In this document: positions 47,555 through 57,137 of the stretch, one piece after another | How positions within the stretch are numbered: position 1 is the stretch's first letter | Layout: each line of letters starts with the position of its first letter | DNA from: Candidatus Dormiibacterota bacterium | Lineage (GTDB): Bacteria; Chloroflexota; Dormibacteria; Aeolococcales; Aeolococcaceae | Direction: 5' to 3' | Assembly: GCA_963743835.1 (NCBI GenBank) | Contig: CAVUQX010000005.1 | Location: 697,342-761,341, forward strand | DNA: 64,000 nucleotides | Translations under genes and position numbers: made by a program | The notes under the pieces: generated by a model | What the model was told of the DNA's origin: nothing | The model's database searches: none | What the model saw: only the letters and a program-made list of their open reading frames with translations

Positions 47555-50071
47555 GTGTTTGGAGAACCTGAGAAACTGATGCACTGGTGGCGCGATCCCT
47601 TCACGGGACAGCGGCTGAAGGCCCGCTTTCGCTGGGCCGCCCTTCTGATGCTGCTTCCCTTGGTCGGTCTCGCCGGGGTTTCCGCGGGCGCCCTGGTGGT
47701 GAACTCCAGCGCGTCAGCTGCCCTCGACACCGCCCAGCAGGTCAGCGGCACGGTATCCGGCGCAGACGAGGATGTGCAGCACTTCGGCCTCATCGCTCTT
47801 GATGTCGTGATCGGCCGCGGTGCTGACGATCTCAGCCGCATGAGCACTTCGGAGAAGCAGGTCGAAGACGACTTCGAGACGCTGGAAACGCTGCCGGGAA
47901 TGACCGCCGCCCAGCTCGAGGCGCTCCCGGCTCTGACATCGGAATGGAACGCGGCCGCGCCTCACCGGGTGGCGATTCAACTGGCCGGCACATCCGTCAC
48001 TGTCTCTGCCGCCACCTCGAGCGCACTCGAGGATCAGCTCGACTCCGATGTGACCTCGCTGACGAAGCGCGTCCTGGCCCTCGAGGCGATCGGGGACGCG
48101 CACGTCACCGGACTGCGTCAGGAGCGCGATGCGGCGGTGCGAACGTCAGCAGTCGGAGTCGTGCTCGCTCTCGTGCTCGGGCTCGTGATCGCGCTGTGGT
48201 TGTCCAACAGGCTCGCGCAGTCGGTGCTTCGCCCGCTCAATGCCCTGAAGCTAGCCACCGCCCGTCTGGCTTCCGGCGACCTGCGACAACGCGTCGCCGC
48301 AGGTGGGAACGACGAGATTGCCGAGCTGGGGCAGGCATTCGACAGCCTGGCTGATCAGCTCGATGCGGAGCGCGATGCGGTGCGCTCGAGAGAGCGCAGG
48401 CTCGAGGCACTCGTCGAGAACGTCGGTGACGGAATCCTGGTGGTTGACGCCGACAGAAGGATCGTGTTCGCCACACCCTCGTTCCGAGCGTATCTCGACC
48501 TGGAGAGTCTCGCAACCACGCGTCTCACCAATGTGGTGCATCCCGACGACCTGGCAAAGGTTGGCGAGGTGTGGGATCGGACTGTGTCCGGTGGTGACGG
48601 CTTCGCACTCGATGTCGAAGCTCGGCTCAAGCACGCCGATGGCAGCTGGCATCACGTCTGGGCGAGGGTCACCAATCGTTTCGGCGATACGGCCGTGGCC
48701 GGGATGGTGATCAACGTCAGCGATGTGAGCGAGCGCCATCAGTACGAGCAACGGCTCACATTCCAGGCGCTCCACGACTCGCTCACCGGGCTCGCGAACC
48801 GCGACTGGTTTGCACAGCAATTGGAGGACTCTGCGTCCGCTCCCGGCCGTCAGCGCGTCAACAGCGTGCTCTATGTCGATGTCGACGACTTCAAGCGGAT
48901 CAACGACACGCTGGGGCACCAGGCCGGCGACGCCTTCCTGGTCGCGGTCGCCGAGCGTCTGGTCGCCGCGGCGCGCCCGTCGGATGCGGTGGCGCGTCTC
49001 GGGGGCGACGAGTTTGCCGTCCTGCTCGATGGGACCGATGCCGCCGAAGCCATTGCCATGGCGGAGCGTCTGCTCGTGTCAGTGCAGCAACCGCTTGTCC
49101 TGGGCGGGAAAGATGTTGCGCCGCGCGTCAGCATCGGCATCGCCTCGGCGGCCGGCCGGGCCGGTTCGCAGACGATGCTTGCCGATGCCGACCTGGCGAT
49201 GTACTTCGCCAAGCGAAGCGGTAAGGGACAGTGTCAGGTTTTCGTCCCGGAGATGCGCACCGAGCTCGTCGACCGTTTGCAGCTCGGTGAGGATCTCCGC
49301 GTCGCGATTGAGTCCGGTGGGATCACGGTCCACTACCAGCCGGTGGTTGCGCTCGACACCGGGGTGATCGTTGGTGCGGAGGCACTTGCTCGCTGGCGTC
49401 ATCCGACTCGCGGATGGATCGGTCCCACGGTTTTCATTGCGCTCGCCGAGCAGCTCAATCTTGTCGAGCGCATCGATGCAGGGGTGCTGCGCGAGGCGTG
49501 TGCGCAGGGTCGCAGGTGGAAGGACGCCGGCCTGCCCGTCATGCGCCTTGCGGTGAACCTGTCGGGAAGCAATCTCGCCAGGGCCGACCTGGTTGCCAGC
49601 GTTGCGGAAATCCTCCGGGAGACCGGATTCGCGGCTGCGAACCTCGAGATCGAGCTCACCGAGGGCGTGGTCATCGCAGAGTCCGATGCCGTGCTCGCAA
49701 CGCTCAACGGCCTCAAGGCGCTCGGACTTCGGCTTGCCATCGATGACTTTGGCACCGGATACTCGGCGCTCTCAAGGCTGAGGGCGCTCCCGTTCGATAC
49801 GCTCAAGGTCGACAAGGTTTTTGTCGATGAGCTGGCCGATGCGGATCCTGGATCAACGCTGGCCGAGAGCATCCTCGACATGGCGCGGGTGCTCCGCCTC
49901 AAGGTCGTCGCAGAAGGCGTGGAGACGTCCTTGCAGGCAGACTTTCTGCGCAGCCGCGGTTGTGATTTCGCGCAGGGCTACCTGTTCAGTCGCGCGGTCG
50001 AGCCGTCGGACTTCGAGGCCTTGCTGGCCCGAGGCGGACGGCTCGGGGTCGCCGCTGCCGCGATCGCGTAG
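47555..50071 (+). CDS. membrane sensor with HAMP-PAS-GGDEF-EAL domains (c-di-GMP turnover)
   Basis: Two TM helices flank a periplasmic helical domain. HAMP (LASGDLRQRVA), PAS, RLGGDEFAVLL, EALARWRHP...DDFGTGYS. Confidence 0.85.
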   Translation: MFGEPEKLMHWWRDPFTGQRLKARFRWAALLMLLPLVGLAGVSAGALVVNSSASAALDTAQQVSGTVSGADEDVQHFGLIALDVVIGRGADDLSRMSTSEKQVEDDFETLETLPGMTAAQLEALPALTSEWNAAAPHRVAIQLAGTSVTVSAATSSALEDQLDSDVTSLTKRVLALEAIGDAHVTGLRQERDAAVRTSAVGVVLALVLGLVIALWLSNRLAQSVLRPLNALKLATARLASGDLRQRVAAGGNDEIAELGQAFDSLADQLDAERDAVRSRERRLEALVENVGDGILVVDADRRIVFATPSFRAYLDLESLATTRLTNVVHPDDLAKVGEVWDRTVSGGDGFALDVEARLKHADGSWHHVWARVTNRFGDTAVAGMVINVSDVSERHQYEQRLTFQALHDSLTGLANRDWFAQQLEDSASAPGRQRVNSVLYVDVDDFKRINDTLGHQAGDAFLVAVAERLVAAARPSDAVARLGGDEFAVLLDGTDAAEAIAMAERLLVSVQQPLVLGGKDVAPRVSIGIASAAGRAGSQTMLADADLAMYFAKRSGKGQCQVFVPEMRTELVDRLQLGEDLRVAIESGGITVHYQPVVALDTGVIVGAEALARWRHPTRGWIGPTVFIALAEQLNLVERIDAGVLREACAQGRRWKDAGLPVMRLAVNLSGSNLARADLVASVAEILRETGFAAANLEIELTEGVVIAESDAVLATLNGLKALGLRLAIDDFGTGYSALSRLRALPFDTLKVDKVFVDELADADPGSTLAESILDMARVLRLKVVAEGVETSLQADFLRSRGCDFAQGYLFSRAVEPSDFEALLARGGRLGVAAAAIA

Positions 50072-50954
50072 TGTCGTCGAGGACCGCCAGCTCGAGCCGT
50101 CGCAGGCGATCGGGATCGGCGACCAGGTCCATCTCGAGGATCCGATCCCCGCGGATCGTCAGGACGCCAACTCCGAACAACCGGCCGCGCGGCGCCATGA
50201 TCACCCCGACGGCTCCGTTCACGAGGGCGGCCTGCACGAATTGCGAGCGCGCCGAGAACGCGAGCGACCCGCGAGCGACCGTGGCCGCGCCTCGCAGCTC
50301 CCGAGCGCCGCCATGAGGCACGGCGGTGGCGTCGACCCGGAGCACGACATCCGGGTCGAGCACCGCCAGCAGCGCCTCCAAGTCACCGCTTCGTGAGGCG
50401 GCGATGAACGCGTCGACGACCTTTCGCTGGCGGGCGAGATCGGCACGGGGAACCTCTGCCGACCCGCGGATCCGGCGGCGCGCGCGGCTCGCCAGCTGGC
50501 GTGCCGCGGCCGGCGTCCTCCCGACGATCGGAGCGATCTCGTCGAAGGGCACGGCGAACGTGTCGTGGAGGACGAAGGCGAGCCGCTCCGCGGGAGACAG
50601 GGTTTCGAGGACGACCAGCAGGGCGAGGCCCACCGAGTTGGCGAGGATGGCTTCGTGCTCCGGATCGGTCGCGTCCGAGTCGATGAAGGCGACCCCGGGC
50701 GCCTGGGCATCCAGCGAGTCCTCCCGTCGCGATTTGCGCGCGCGGAGCATGTTCAGGCAGACGCGGGCCACGACCGTGGTGAGCCACCCGCCGAGGTTCT
50801 CGACCCCGCCGGCGCCTGACCGGCTCAGCCGCAGCCAGGACTCCTGGACGGCATCGTCCGCCTCGCTCAGCGACCCGAGCATCCGGAAGGCGACCCCGCG
50901 CAGCCGGCCCCGCTCGGCCTCGAATCGTTCCGCCAGCCACTCGTTATCGTTCAT
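49986..50954 (-). CDS. ECF41-group sigma factor (SigJ-like) with fused SnoaL-like C-terminal domain
   Basis: Sigma2 RGVAFRMLGSLSEADDAVQESWLRL, sigma4 SPAERLAFVLHDTFAVPFDEIAPIVGRTPAAARQLASRARRRI, then an NTF2/SnoaL-like domain. The 3' end overlaps the convergent gene by 86 nt. Confidence 0.85.
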   Translation of the reverse strand: MNDNEWLAERFEAERGRLRGVAFRMLGSLSEADDAVQESWLRLSRSGAGGVENLGGWLTTVVARVCLNMLRARKSRREDSLDAQAPGVAFIDSDATDPEHEAILANSVGLALLVVLETLSPAERLAFVLHDTFAVPFDEIAPIVGRTPAAARQLASRARRRIRGSAEVPRADLARQRKVVDAFIAASRSGDLEALLAVLDPDVVLRVDATAVPHGGARELRGAATVARGSLAFSARSQFVQAALVNGAVGVIMAPRGRLFGVGVLTIRGDRILEMDLVADPDRLRRLELAVLDDTTRSRQRRPRAVRLGPARPRSPTARPRD

Positions 50955-50955
50955 C

Positions 50956-50982
50956 GGTCACATTCCCTCATTGCGGCGGGTC
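50956..50982 (+). promoter_or_regulatory. candidate ECF41-dependent promoter GGTCACA-N16-GGTC
   Basis: Compare the published ECF41 target motif TGTCACA-N16-CGTC. Sits about 90 nt upstream of the NmrA-like gene that is the typical ECF41 target type. Confidence 0.35.
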
Positions 50983-51070
50983 ATCCGAGTGACCCGCGAA
51001 ACCCACCACATGTGACCACGAGGTCGGATTAAGGGGTTTCGCCCGAAACACGACGCGAGGAGGTTCCGTC

Positions 51071-51946
51071 ATGACGACCCCAATCCTGGTCACCGGCGGC
51101 AGCGGCACGCTCGGCCGACATGTCGTTGCACGCTTGCGCGCCGCAGGGCGCGACGTTCGGGTGCTCAGCCGTCGCACCCGCCAGTCCGAGGACGGTGCCG
51201 CTCATGTGATCGGTGACCTGCTCAACGGCGAGGGCATCGACGCCGCGGTCGCAGAAGTGGACACGATCGTCCACTGCGCGGGCACCTTCAAGGACGACGT
51301 CAAGATGACCCGGACCCTTGTCGGCGCCGCGTCGCGGGCCGGGACGCCGCACATCGTCTACATCTCGGTCGTCGGCACCGACCGCATCCCGGTTGTCGGC
51401 TTTGGCCGCCTCGCGTTCATCTACTTCCGCAACAAGCGGGACGCTGAGCGAGTTGTCGCCGAGTCCGGTTTGCCCTGGACCACGCTCCGCGCCACGCAGT
51501 TCTTTGAGCTCTTCCTCATCACCGGCAAAGGACTGACCAAGCTTCCGGTGGCGCCGGTGCCTGCGCGATTTCGCTTTCAGCCGGTCGACGTTGACGAGGT
51601 CGCGGCGAGGCTCGTGGAGCTCGCGCTCGGCGAGCCGGCCGGATACGTGGCAGACCTCGGCGGACCCCGCGTCTACCGGATGGTCGACCTGATCAAGAGT
51701 TATGCGCGCGCCGCCCATCTGCGCCGCCTGTTCGTGCCTGTCTGGGTGGGTGGCAAGACTGCTCGCACCATCCGCGCCGGCGGCAACCTGGTTCTCGGGC
51801 CGCTCGACGCAGGCGTAGGACGCAAGACCTGGGAGGACTTTCTCGCTGAGCGGGTCGGTGCGAGCCGGGCAGACGGCGATGACCGGACGTATGTCGCCGT
51901 GTCGGCGTCGGCGCCGGCGATGAGCGAGGAGGTTCGACGGCGGTGA
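51071..51946 (+). CDS. NmrA-like/atypical SDR NAD(P)-binding protein
   Basis: ILVTGGSGTLGRHVVARLRAAGRDVRVLSRR Rossmann motif. Divergent from the ECF41 sigma gene. Confidence 0.8.
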   Translation: MTTPILVTGGSGTLGRHVVARLRAAGRDVRVLSRRTRQSEDGAAHVIGDLLNGEGIDAAVAEVDTIVHCAGTFKDDVKMTRTLVGAASRAGTPHIVYISVVGTDRIPVVGFGRLAFIYFRNKRDAERVVAESGLPWTTLRATQFFELFLITGKGLTKLPVAPVPARFRFQPVDVDEVAARLVELALGEPAGYVADLGGPRVYRMVDLIKSYARAAHLRRLFVPVWVGGKTARTIRAGGNLVLGPLDAGVGRKTWEDFLAERVGASRADGDDRTYVAVSASAPAMSEEVRRR

Positions 51947-52045
51947 GGATCAAGGCAGACGCGCGAGATCGCCGCTGAGTGCGATCCACGACGCCGAGGG
52001 CGTACCATCCGGCGCGCTTGTATCGAGAGACTGGAGGACGACGAT

Positions 52046-52291
52046 ATGCCGCAATTCATGGATTTCCACCCTGAGCTGAAGCTGCCTCAGGACGCCATCG
52101 ACAGCATTGCCGAAGGTGCGCATGCCGGCACGACCGACCAGTTCGGCGTCCAGCAGGTCGAGCTTTTTCACAACGCGGATGGCAAGGTGTATTGCCTCCT
52201 GGATGCGCCGAATGAGCAGGCCGTGCGCGATCACCACGCCGCCCTCGGTGTGGATTGCGGCGAGGTCCACGAGGTATCGGGGATCGCCTGA
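52046..52291 (+). CDS. DUF4242 (SCO4226-like) small protein
   Basis: MPQFMDFH... GVQQVELFHNADGKVYCLLDAPNEQAVRDHH. Family recalled from memory. Confidence 0.65.
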   Translation: MPQFMDFHPELKLPQDAIDSIAEGAHAGTTDQFGVQQVELFHNADGKVYCLLDAPNEQAVRDHHAALGVDCGEVHEVSGIA

Positions 52292-52335
52292 GCCCCGACA
52301 GCAAGGTCGCCTTAGCCGTGTGACAGGCTAATAGG

Positions 52336-53325
52336 ATGGGTGCCTCGGGGACATCGGTTCATCGACTCCGGACCGGAGCTCCGGTGCTTATCGTTGCCAA
52401 CGGGAATCCCCTCTCTCGACGAGCTGACAGCATGGCGCAGATTGCGTTTCGGCAACTGAAGTTATCGTTGCAAAGCCACGTGGAGCTCGTGACCACCGAT
52501 TACGCTGGGCACGCTCGCGAGGTGGCAGAAGCGTGGGCTGCCGAGTATCTCGATGGGACAATCATCGGAATCGGCGGGGATGGAACCCTCAACGAGATCG
52601 GCAACGGCATACTCTCTGCGACTGTTGCGTTCGGCAGCCGCGTTGTACTCGTTGTCTGCGGCGGCGGTAATGCCAATGATCAGTACCGGAGCTGGCCACC
52701 CTCGCAAAGAATTCGGCTCGAGTACGTGCCCTCGGCAGAGCCCATTCCGGTGGATGTCCTCGAGGTATCGTACAGCGCGAACAATCACAAACAACCCGTG
52801 GCACAGTACGCACTGTCGTATGCAGCGATCGGTGCTTTGGCCACGGGAGCTTCCGTGGCCAACGGTCGCCGACGGGGGATGGTCGCCGATCTTGCCCTCA
52901 TCCCGCGGACGTTGATGCGAGCGCGGCCAGTATCCGTCATGATCGGCGGCCGGCTGGCCAGTATTGACAGCCTGAGTTGGCACATCATCTCCACGATGGC
53001 GAAGTTCTTTCGCGTTAGTCCGAAGTCGCGACGTGCCGACGGGTTGATGGAAGTCATCCTGGTACCGCACCGCCGGTGGCCGACGGCGCTCCGCATGAGC
53101 TGGTTTGGACTTCGGGCGATGGTATGGCCGCATACGCAATCGCAAGGTGCGAGCATGACGTTCTTTTGGGAGCAGGGCGGTGCGGCGCAGTTGGATGGCG
53201 AGACCGTCGACATTCCGCCGGGGTCTCATGTGACCGTGCGCTGCGTTCCAGCAGCACTTCGCGTGCTGTGCTGCGATATCGACGCCTCCACCAAGGCGCT
53301 GTCAGCCACGGTCTCGACCAAATGA
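52336..53325 (+). CDS. diacylglycerol/lipid kinase catalytic-domain protein (YegS/DAGK family)
   Basis: IIGIGGDGTLNEIGNGIL signature and overall length of about 330 aa. Confidence 0.7.
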   Translation: MGASGTSVHRLRTGAPVLIVANGNPLSRRADSMAQIAFRQLKLSLQSHVELVTTDYAGHAREVAEAWAAEYLDGTIIGIGGDGTLNEIGNGILSATVAFGSRVVLVVCGGGNANDQYRSWPPSQRIRLEYVPSAEPIPVDVLEVSYSANNHKQPVAQYALSYAAIGALATGASVANGRRRGMVADLALIPRTLMRARPVSVMIGGRLASIDSLSWHIISTMAKFFRVSPKSRRADGLMEVILVPHRRWPTALRMSWFGLRAMVWPHTQSQGASMTFFWEQGGAAQLDGETVDIPPGSHVTVRCVPAALRVLCCDIDASTKALSATVSTK

Positions 53326-53337
53326 TCGCCGCCTGGG

Positions 53338-53805
53338 TTAGCGCACCTGGACGATGACGACTCGGTGGATCCCGCCAGGACTGTCGACACTGACCTCGTC
53401 GCCGGCGCGATGGCCGGAGATCGCGGCTCCCAAGGGCGAATCCAACGAGATCCGCTGACGGGCGATGTCTGCCTCAGCTGGCACAACGATGGTGTACTCG
53501 GACTCGCCGAAATCATCCCGCACCACGACAGACGCGCCCAAGCCCACGGTACCGTCATACGGAGCGGGCTCGACGATCAGTGCATGTCGAAGCATCCCTT
53601 CGATGGTCTGTACGCGGCCGTCGAGAAGACCCAGTTCGCGCCTGGCATCGTGGTAGCCGAAGTTCTCCCGCAGATCACCTTCGGCGCGGGCGGTGGCAAC
53701 CCGCTGGACGATTTCAGGACGCTTGGTATCGACGAGCTCACGCATTTCGGCGATGAGCGCGGCCTGGCCGTCTGTGGTGAGCAGGACTGGTTTACCGAGT
53801 GCCAT
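53338..53805 (-). CDS. greA: GreA-family transcription elongation factor
   Basis: AEGDLRENFGYHDARRELGLLDGRVQTIE coiled-coil tip. C-terminal SLDSPLGAAISGHRAGDEV. Confidence 0.85.
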   Translation of the reverse strand: MALGKPVLLTTDGQAALIAEMRELVDTKRPEIVQRVATARAEGDLRENFGYHDARRELGLLDGRVQTIEGMLRHALIVEPAPYDGTVGLGASVVVRDDFGESEYTIVVPAEADIARQRISLDSPLGAAISGHRAGDEVSVDSPGGIHRVVIVQVR

Positions 53806-53993
53806 TTGATGATCTCCGGAACCGGAGGTGCTGCAGAAGATCGCTAGTGTGCCATGGCCTGTGGTTCGGCGCGTTTGATCGCTTGCCCAATATCATCGCG
53901 CCGTCCAAACGAATTCATGGTTGGTACCGAGCGCGCAGCTCAATAGCTGGCATCGCGCCTTCCAGATCACTGACAAGACCAACTGCTCTCGCC

Positions 53994-54493
53994 CTAGGGT
54001 GGGGTCGCGGTGCCGAGGGCGTCGACTGCCGCAGCAAGCTGCCCCAGGTGCTCTTGCTCATGCGACGCCATGTCGCCAGCAAGTCGCAATATCGAGACCT
54101 CGCCAAAGTCCGTCTGGACCGGAGCGGTCCATTCACGGCGACGAGAGTTCCTCGCAAGAGCCCCACAAGTTCGCGGCGTCGGAGAACGAAGGCTTGGACC
54201 TGGTCGGCCGCTGATACATCAGCCCTCGCCAACAAGTCGCCGTACTTCCGCTCGTCCAGCCCGAGATGGACTCCGTCGGGACGTGTCAGCACGTTCCATA
54301 TCCGAGATGCAACGATCAGATCACTCGCGCGGACGTGCCTGAGGATTTCGAGGGGCGACCACTCGTCGGGAGTTGGGCGACGAGCGAACTTGGCCTCACC
54401 CAGGTCGAGAAGGGCCGCTCCGAACACAGCCGGGCTCTCCGCCAGGAGAGTGGCCTCCGCCGCGCCCGCACGAGACTCCGGCTCCTCGCTCAC
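53994..54493 (-). pseudogene. DinB-family protein, frame disrupted near 54110-54135
   Basis: N-terminus ...EWSPLEILRHVRASDLIV... in the ORF frame. The convincing C-terminus EWTAPVQTDFGEVSILRLAGDMASHEQEHLGQL...* lies in another frame. Length is 3n+2. Confidence 0.6.
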
Positions 54494-54583
54494 TGGCTGA
54501 TTCTCCCTGATGTCTCTTCGCCGTTGATCGCCCTCGACCTAGGGAAGAAGACCTCCGCGTCCTCCTCACGCGAGTTGCTCGGC

Positions 54584-54889
54584 CTAGCCGAGCAGCTCTG
54601 CTGCAACCAGCGTCGGAACCTCCGCAAGACTCTCGACCCGCGGTTGATACTCATCTGACTGGGTCCCGTTCCGTTCGAGCCATACTCCACAGAGTCCAGC
54701 GGTGGTGGCGGTCCGTATATCGACGTTCACCATATCGCCCACGTAAATAGTCTCCTGAGGAGCCACTAGCAACCGTCTGCAGGCTTCCACGAAGCCTTCG
54801 CGCGCTGGCTTCGCATAACCGAGATCCTCCGACACGAGAACGTCGGCAACGTATTTGCGCAGCCGTACTTCACAGGCACCGCCACGCGC
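54584..54889 (-). pseudogene. HAD-IA hydrolase remnant (C-terminal half only)
   Basis: LRKYVADVLVSEDLGYAKP...IYVGDMVNVDIRTATTAGLCGVWL retains motifs III/IV. There is an in-frame TGA at 54890-54892, and no DxDxT region was found upstream. Confidence 0.6.
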
Positions 54890-55478
54890 TCAGATGGCAG
54901 GATGGCTCCCTGAGCAGGACTGCAACCGAGACCTCCTAGTGGCTGGTCAGACGGACAGGCTCGGCGACGGCGTAGCTGGCCGCGCAGTCGGCGTCACTCT
55001 TGACCCACACGCTGCGAGGCCAACGGCGGCGATCGCACTTCCGATGACAGTCGTGAGTCTCATGGCTGCCCATCCAACGCGAACGCGTCATCACGGTCAC
55101 GAGACGGCGTTGCGCTGCAAGGCGAACGAGCGTGAGGCGAAGTGGCCGCACAGGGCCTTTGGGCCTAATTGTTCCCGAGAGCGACCGAGGGTTTACACGC
55201 CGACGTCGCAGCCCGTGAGTCAGTGGGTCCTGGCACCTCGCATCCTGTCACCGCTTGGCAGGGGTGAACCTACACGCTGACCACCACCAACGTCTTCGCA
55301 GCATGTGACGGATCGCCGACATCCGTGATGGCGTTGCCGGAAAGTGACGAGTACGCATCGCGATTAAACAGAGGTGCGCCGCGATTGTGGCGAGGCGCAC
55401 CCTCCAAATTGAGTCACGCCATAAAAGCGGCTTGGAGCCCCTCGTGAGATGCACGGGAGCTGTTCAGGAGAACTAACG

Positions 55479-55760
55479 ATGGCGGTGACCAAGATAACCA
55501 CCGACAAGGCACCTCGAAAGCACGGCGTTGGACGGTACGTGGCAAATTTTCTACTGATTGCGTTCAACATTCTGATGCTCGTGTGGGCTATCAGCACGCA
55601 GACGGCCCCGCAAGCTCAGTGCGTCGGCGGTGTGAGCAATGGGCAGGTCGGGTGCGAGGCTGCGGGCGGGCTTGTGGCCGGGTTCGGGCTCGGTGTCGTT
55701 ATCTTCATCTGGATCATGGGTGAGGCGTTTCTCGTCGGGATCAGGAGAGCTACGCGCTAG
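55479..55760 (+). CDS. hypothetical 2-TM membrane protein
   Basis: AGGAG 8 nt upstream of ATG 55479. Helices FLLIAFNILMLVWAI and GFGLGVVIFIWIMGEAFLV. Confidence 0.45.
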   Translation: MAVTKITTDKAPRKHGVGRYVANFLLIAFNILMLVWAISTQTAPQAQCVGGVSNGQVGCEAAGGLVAGFGLGVVIFIWIMGEAFLVGIRRATR

Positions 55761-56458
55761 ATAACGACATCGCTTCTTCGCCTACGATGCCATTCCGGGT
55801 GGTGGCCGCGGTCAACGACGTCTACAGCGACCAGCCTCCCATGCCAAGGTTTCCTCAGTCCGTTGAGTCGCTAGACCAACACATAAACGAGGGTATACGT
55901 GTAGGTTGGGACGCTGGCATCTCCGTTTGTGACCACCTGCGGGCCTGGACGCGTTGCCATGGGGGGCACTCTCGCACCTGTGGCATGCATCGCCCTGTAG
56001 CCCCGTACAGCGTCATTGTGTGGACCCTGCGCGGGACACAGCCGATCATTCCAGTAAGCAGACCTTCCCCGATGCGAGACATATCTTGTTCTGAATCTGG
56101 ATCGCGTTCTGGATCGCGTTCTGGCTGGGCGTCAAGCTATGGATGGGCGCTGAAGTCGGCGGACTGGGACGCAAGACGTCATGCGGTGCCAGCGCGCCTG
56201 TGCCCGTGTTCCAGTGAAGTGCAACGACCAAGAGCGAGATCGCAAACACGTCGACGAGGATGTACCACCATCGCTCCCAGACTGGTCGCCTCATGCCTGC
56301 AACGCTGGCACTCGGGCGCAGCACGTGTCAACACCGCCACCGACCCGTCCCGTGTCACACAGCCCCGCAGGGAGTGATGACAGCCATGATTCCGACCCCG
56401 TAAAGTCGCGCCGTGACCGGTCATCTCGGGTCGGGACAGATAGGAAAGGGATGGAAAG

Positions 56459-57052
56459 GTGGCGATCAGCAACCGGCGTCTCGTAGCCGCGATGGCTTCC
56501 TGCGCCGTATTCCTGACCGCCTGCTCCGTATCCGAGCCGCCAGTCGCCACCGGGCAGGCATCAACGCCTGGCCCTGCGACATCTGCCTCAGCGAAAGCGC
56601 CGTCGAGCTACCCGCTGGGGACCAAGGTGACTGTGCCGGTGACTTTCGAGGGCATCGCTGCTGTAGAGGTCCAAGCCTTCTATGCGAATGTCACGTCGAG
56701 CGGTCAGTACGACACATCGCCCGACGCGGGCACGACGTGGGCAGCTATCGACGCGACGGAATGCGCTGGGACAGCAGGGTCGAGCACCGGAGCTAACTCC
56801 ACCGACTTCGCGCTGCTGCTCTCCAATGGGTCAACCGCCTCGACGGCGTTTGCAGAAGGCCCGCTCAAGCCGTCGGCGCTTGCCGCGCTCAACTCGCTCG
56901 GCGGTGCGAACACGTCGCTCGCGGCTGGGCAATGCGACCGAGGATGGGTCCTCTTCACCGTGCCGAACGGCACCATGCCGACCTTCGTCCAGTTCTCCGG
57001 TACGACAGCCAGTCTCACCGAAGGCAACAGCGTGGTCAAGTGGCAGGTTTGA
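56459..57052 (+). CDS. secreted lipoprotein (DUF4352-like beta-sandwich)
   Basis: Lipobox VFLTACSV, a Ser/Ala/Pro linker, then a beta-rich domain (KVTVPVTFEGIAAVEV...GWVLFTVPNG). Confidence 0.6.
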   Translation: MAISNRRLVAAMASCAVFLTACSVSEPPVATGQASTPGPATSASAKAPSSYPLGTKVTVPVTFEGIAAVEVQAFYANVTSSGQYDTSPDAGTTWAAIDATECAGTAGSSTGANSTDFALLLSNGSTASTAFAEGPLKPSALAALNSLGGANTSLAAGQCDRGWVLFTVPNGTMPTFVQFSGTTASLTEGNSVVKWQV

Positions 57053-57137
57053 GGATCTGACTGCGTAGTCGCGCCGCGAAGCGGTGTGACTACGGGACCC
57101 GCAGCCTAACCGTGCGCTGACAGTCCTTGGAACGGAT

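Noticed and set aside
49986-50071. 28-aa Arg/Pro-rich C-terminal extension of the ECF41 sigma factor overlapping the GGDEF-EAL gene, suspected to be a lost stop or frameshift
   Set aside because: None of the three frames has an earlier stop near the expected ...LELAVLDD end. A simple indel therefore does not restore a shorter protein, and I cannot decide from sequence alone.
51950-52340. attL direct repeat of the tRNA-Thr 3' end at the left edge of the island
   Set aside because: No copy of GGGGAGATTCGAACTCCC or a sub-segment was seen by eye. The boundary is left approximate.
56096-56124. CRISPR array
   Set aside because: There are only about 2.4 copies of a 12-nt unit with no spacers. No repeat-spacer architecture occurs anywhere in the window.
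54855-56377. ORFs 54855..55280, 54936..55151, 55787..56377, 55855..56082 and 56046..56324 as genes
   Set aside because: They have no motifs and no Shine-Dalgarno sequences, they overlap one another, and their composition is atypical. The region is treated as decayed island DNA. The 56046..56324 ORF has one TM-like helix and remains a weak possibility.
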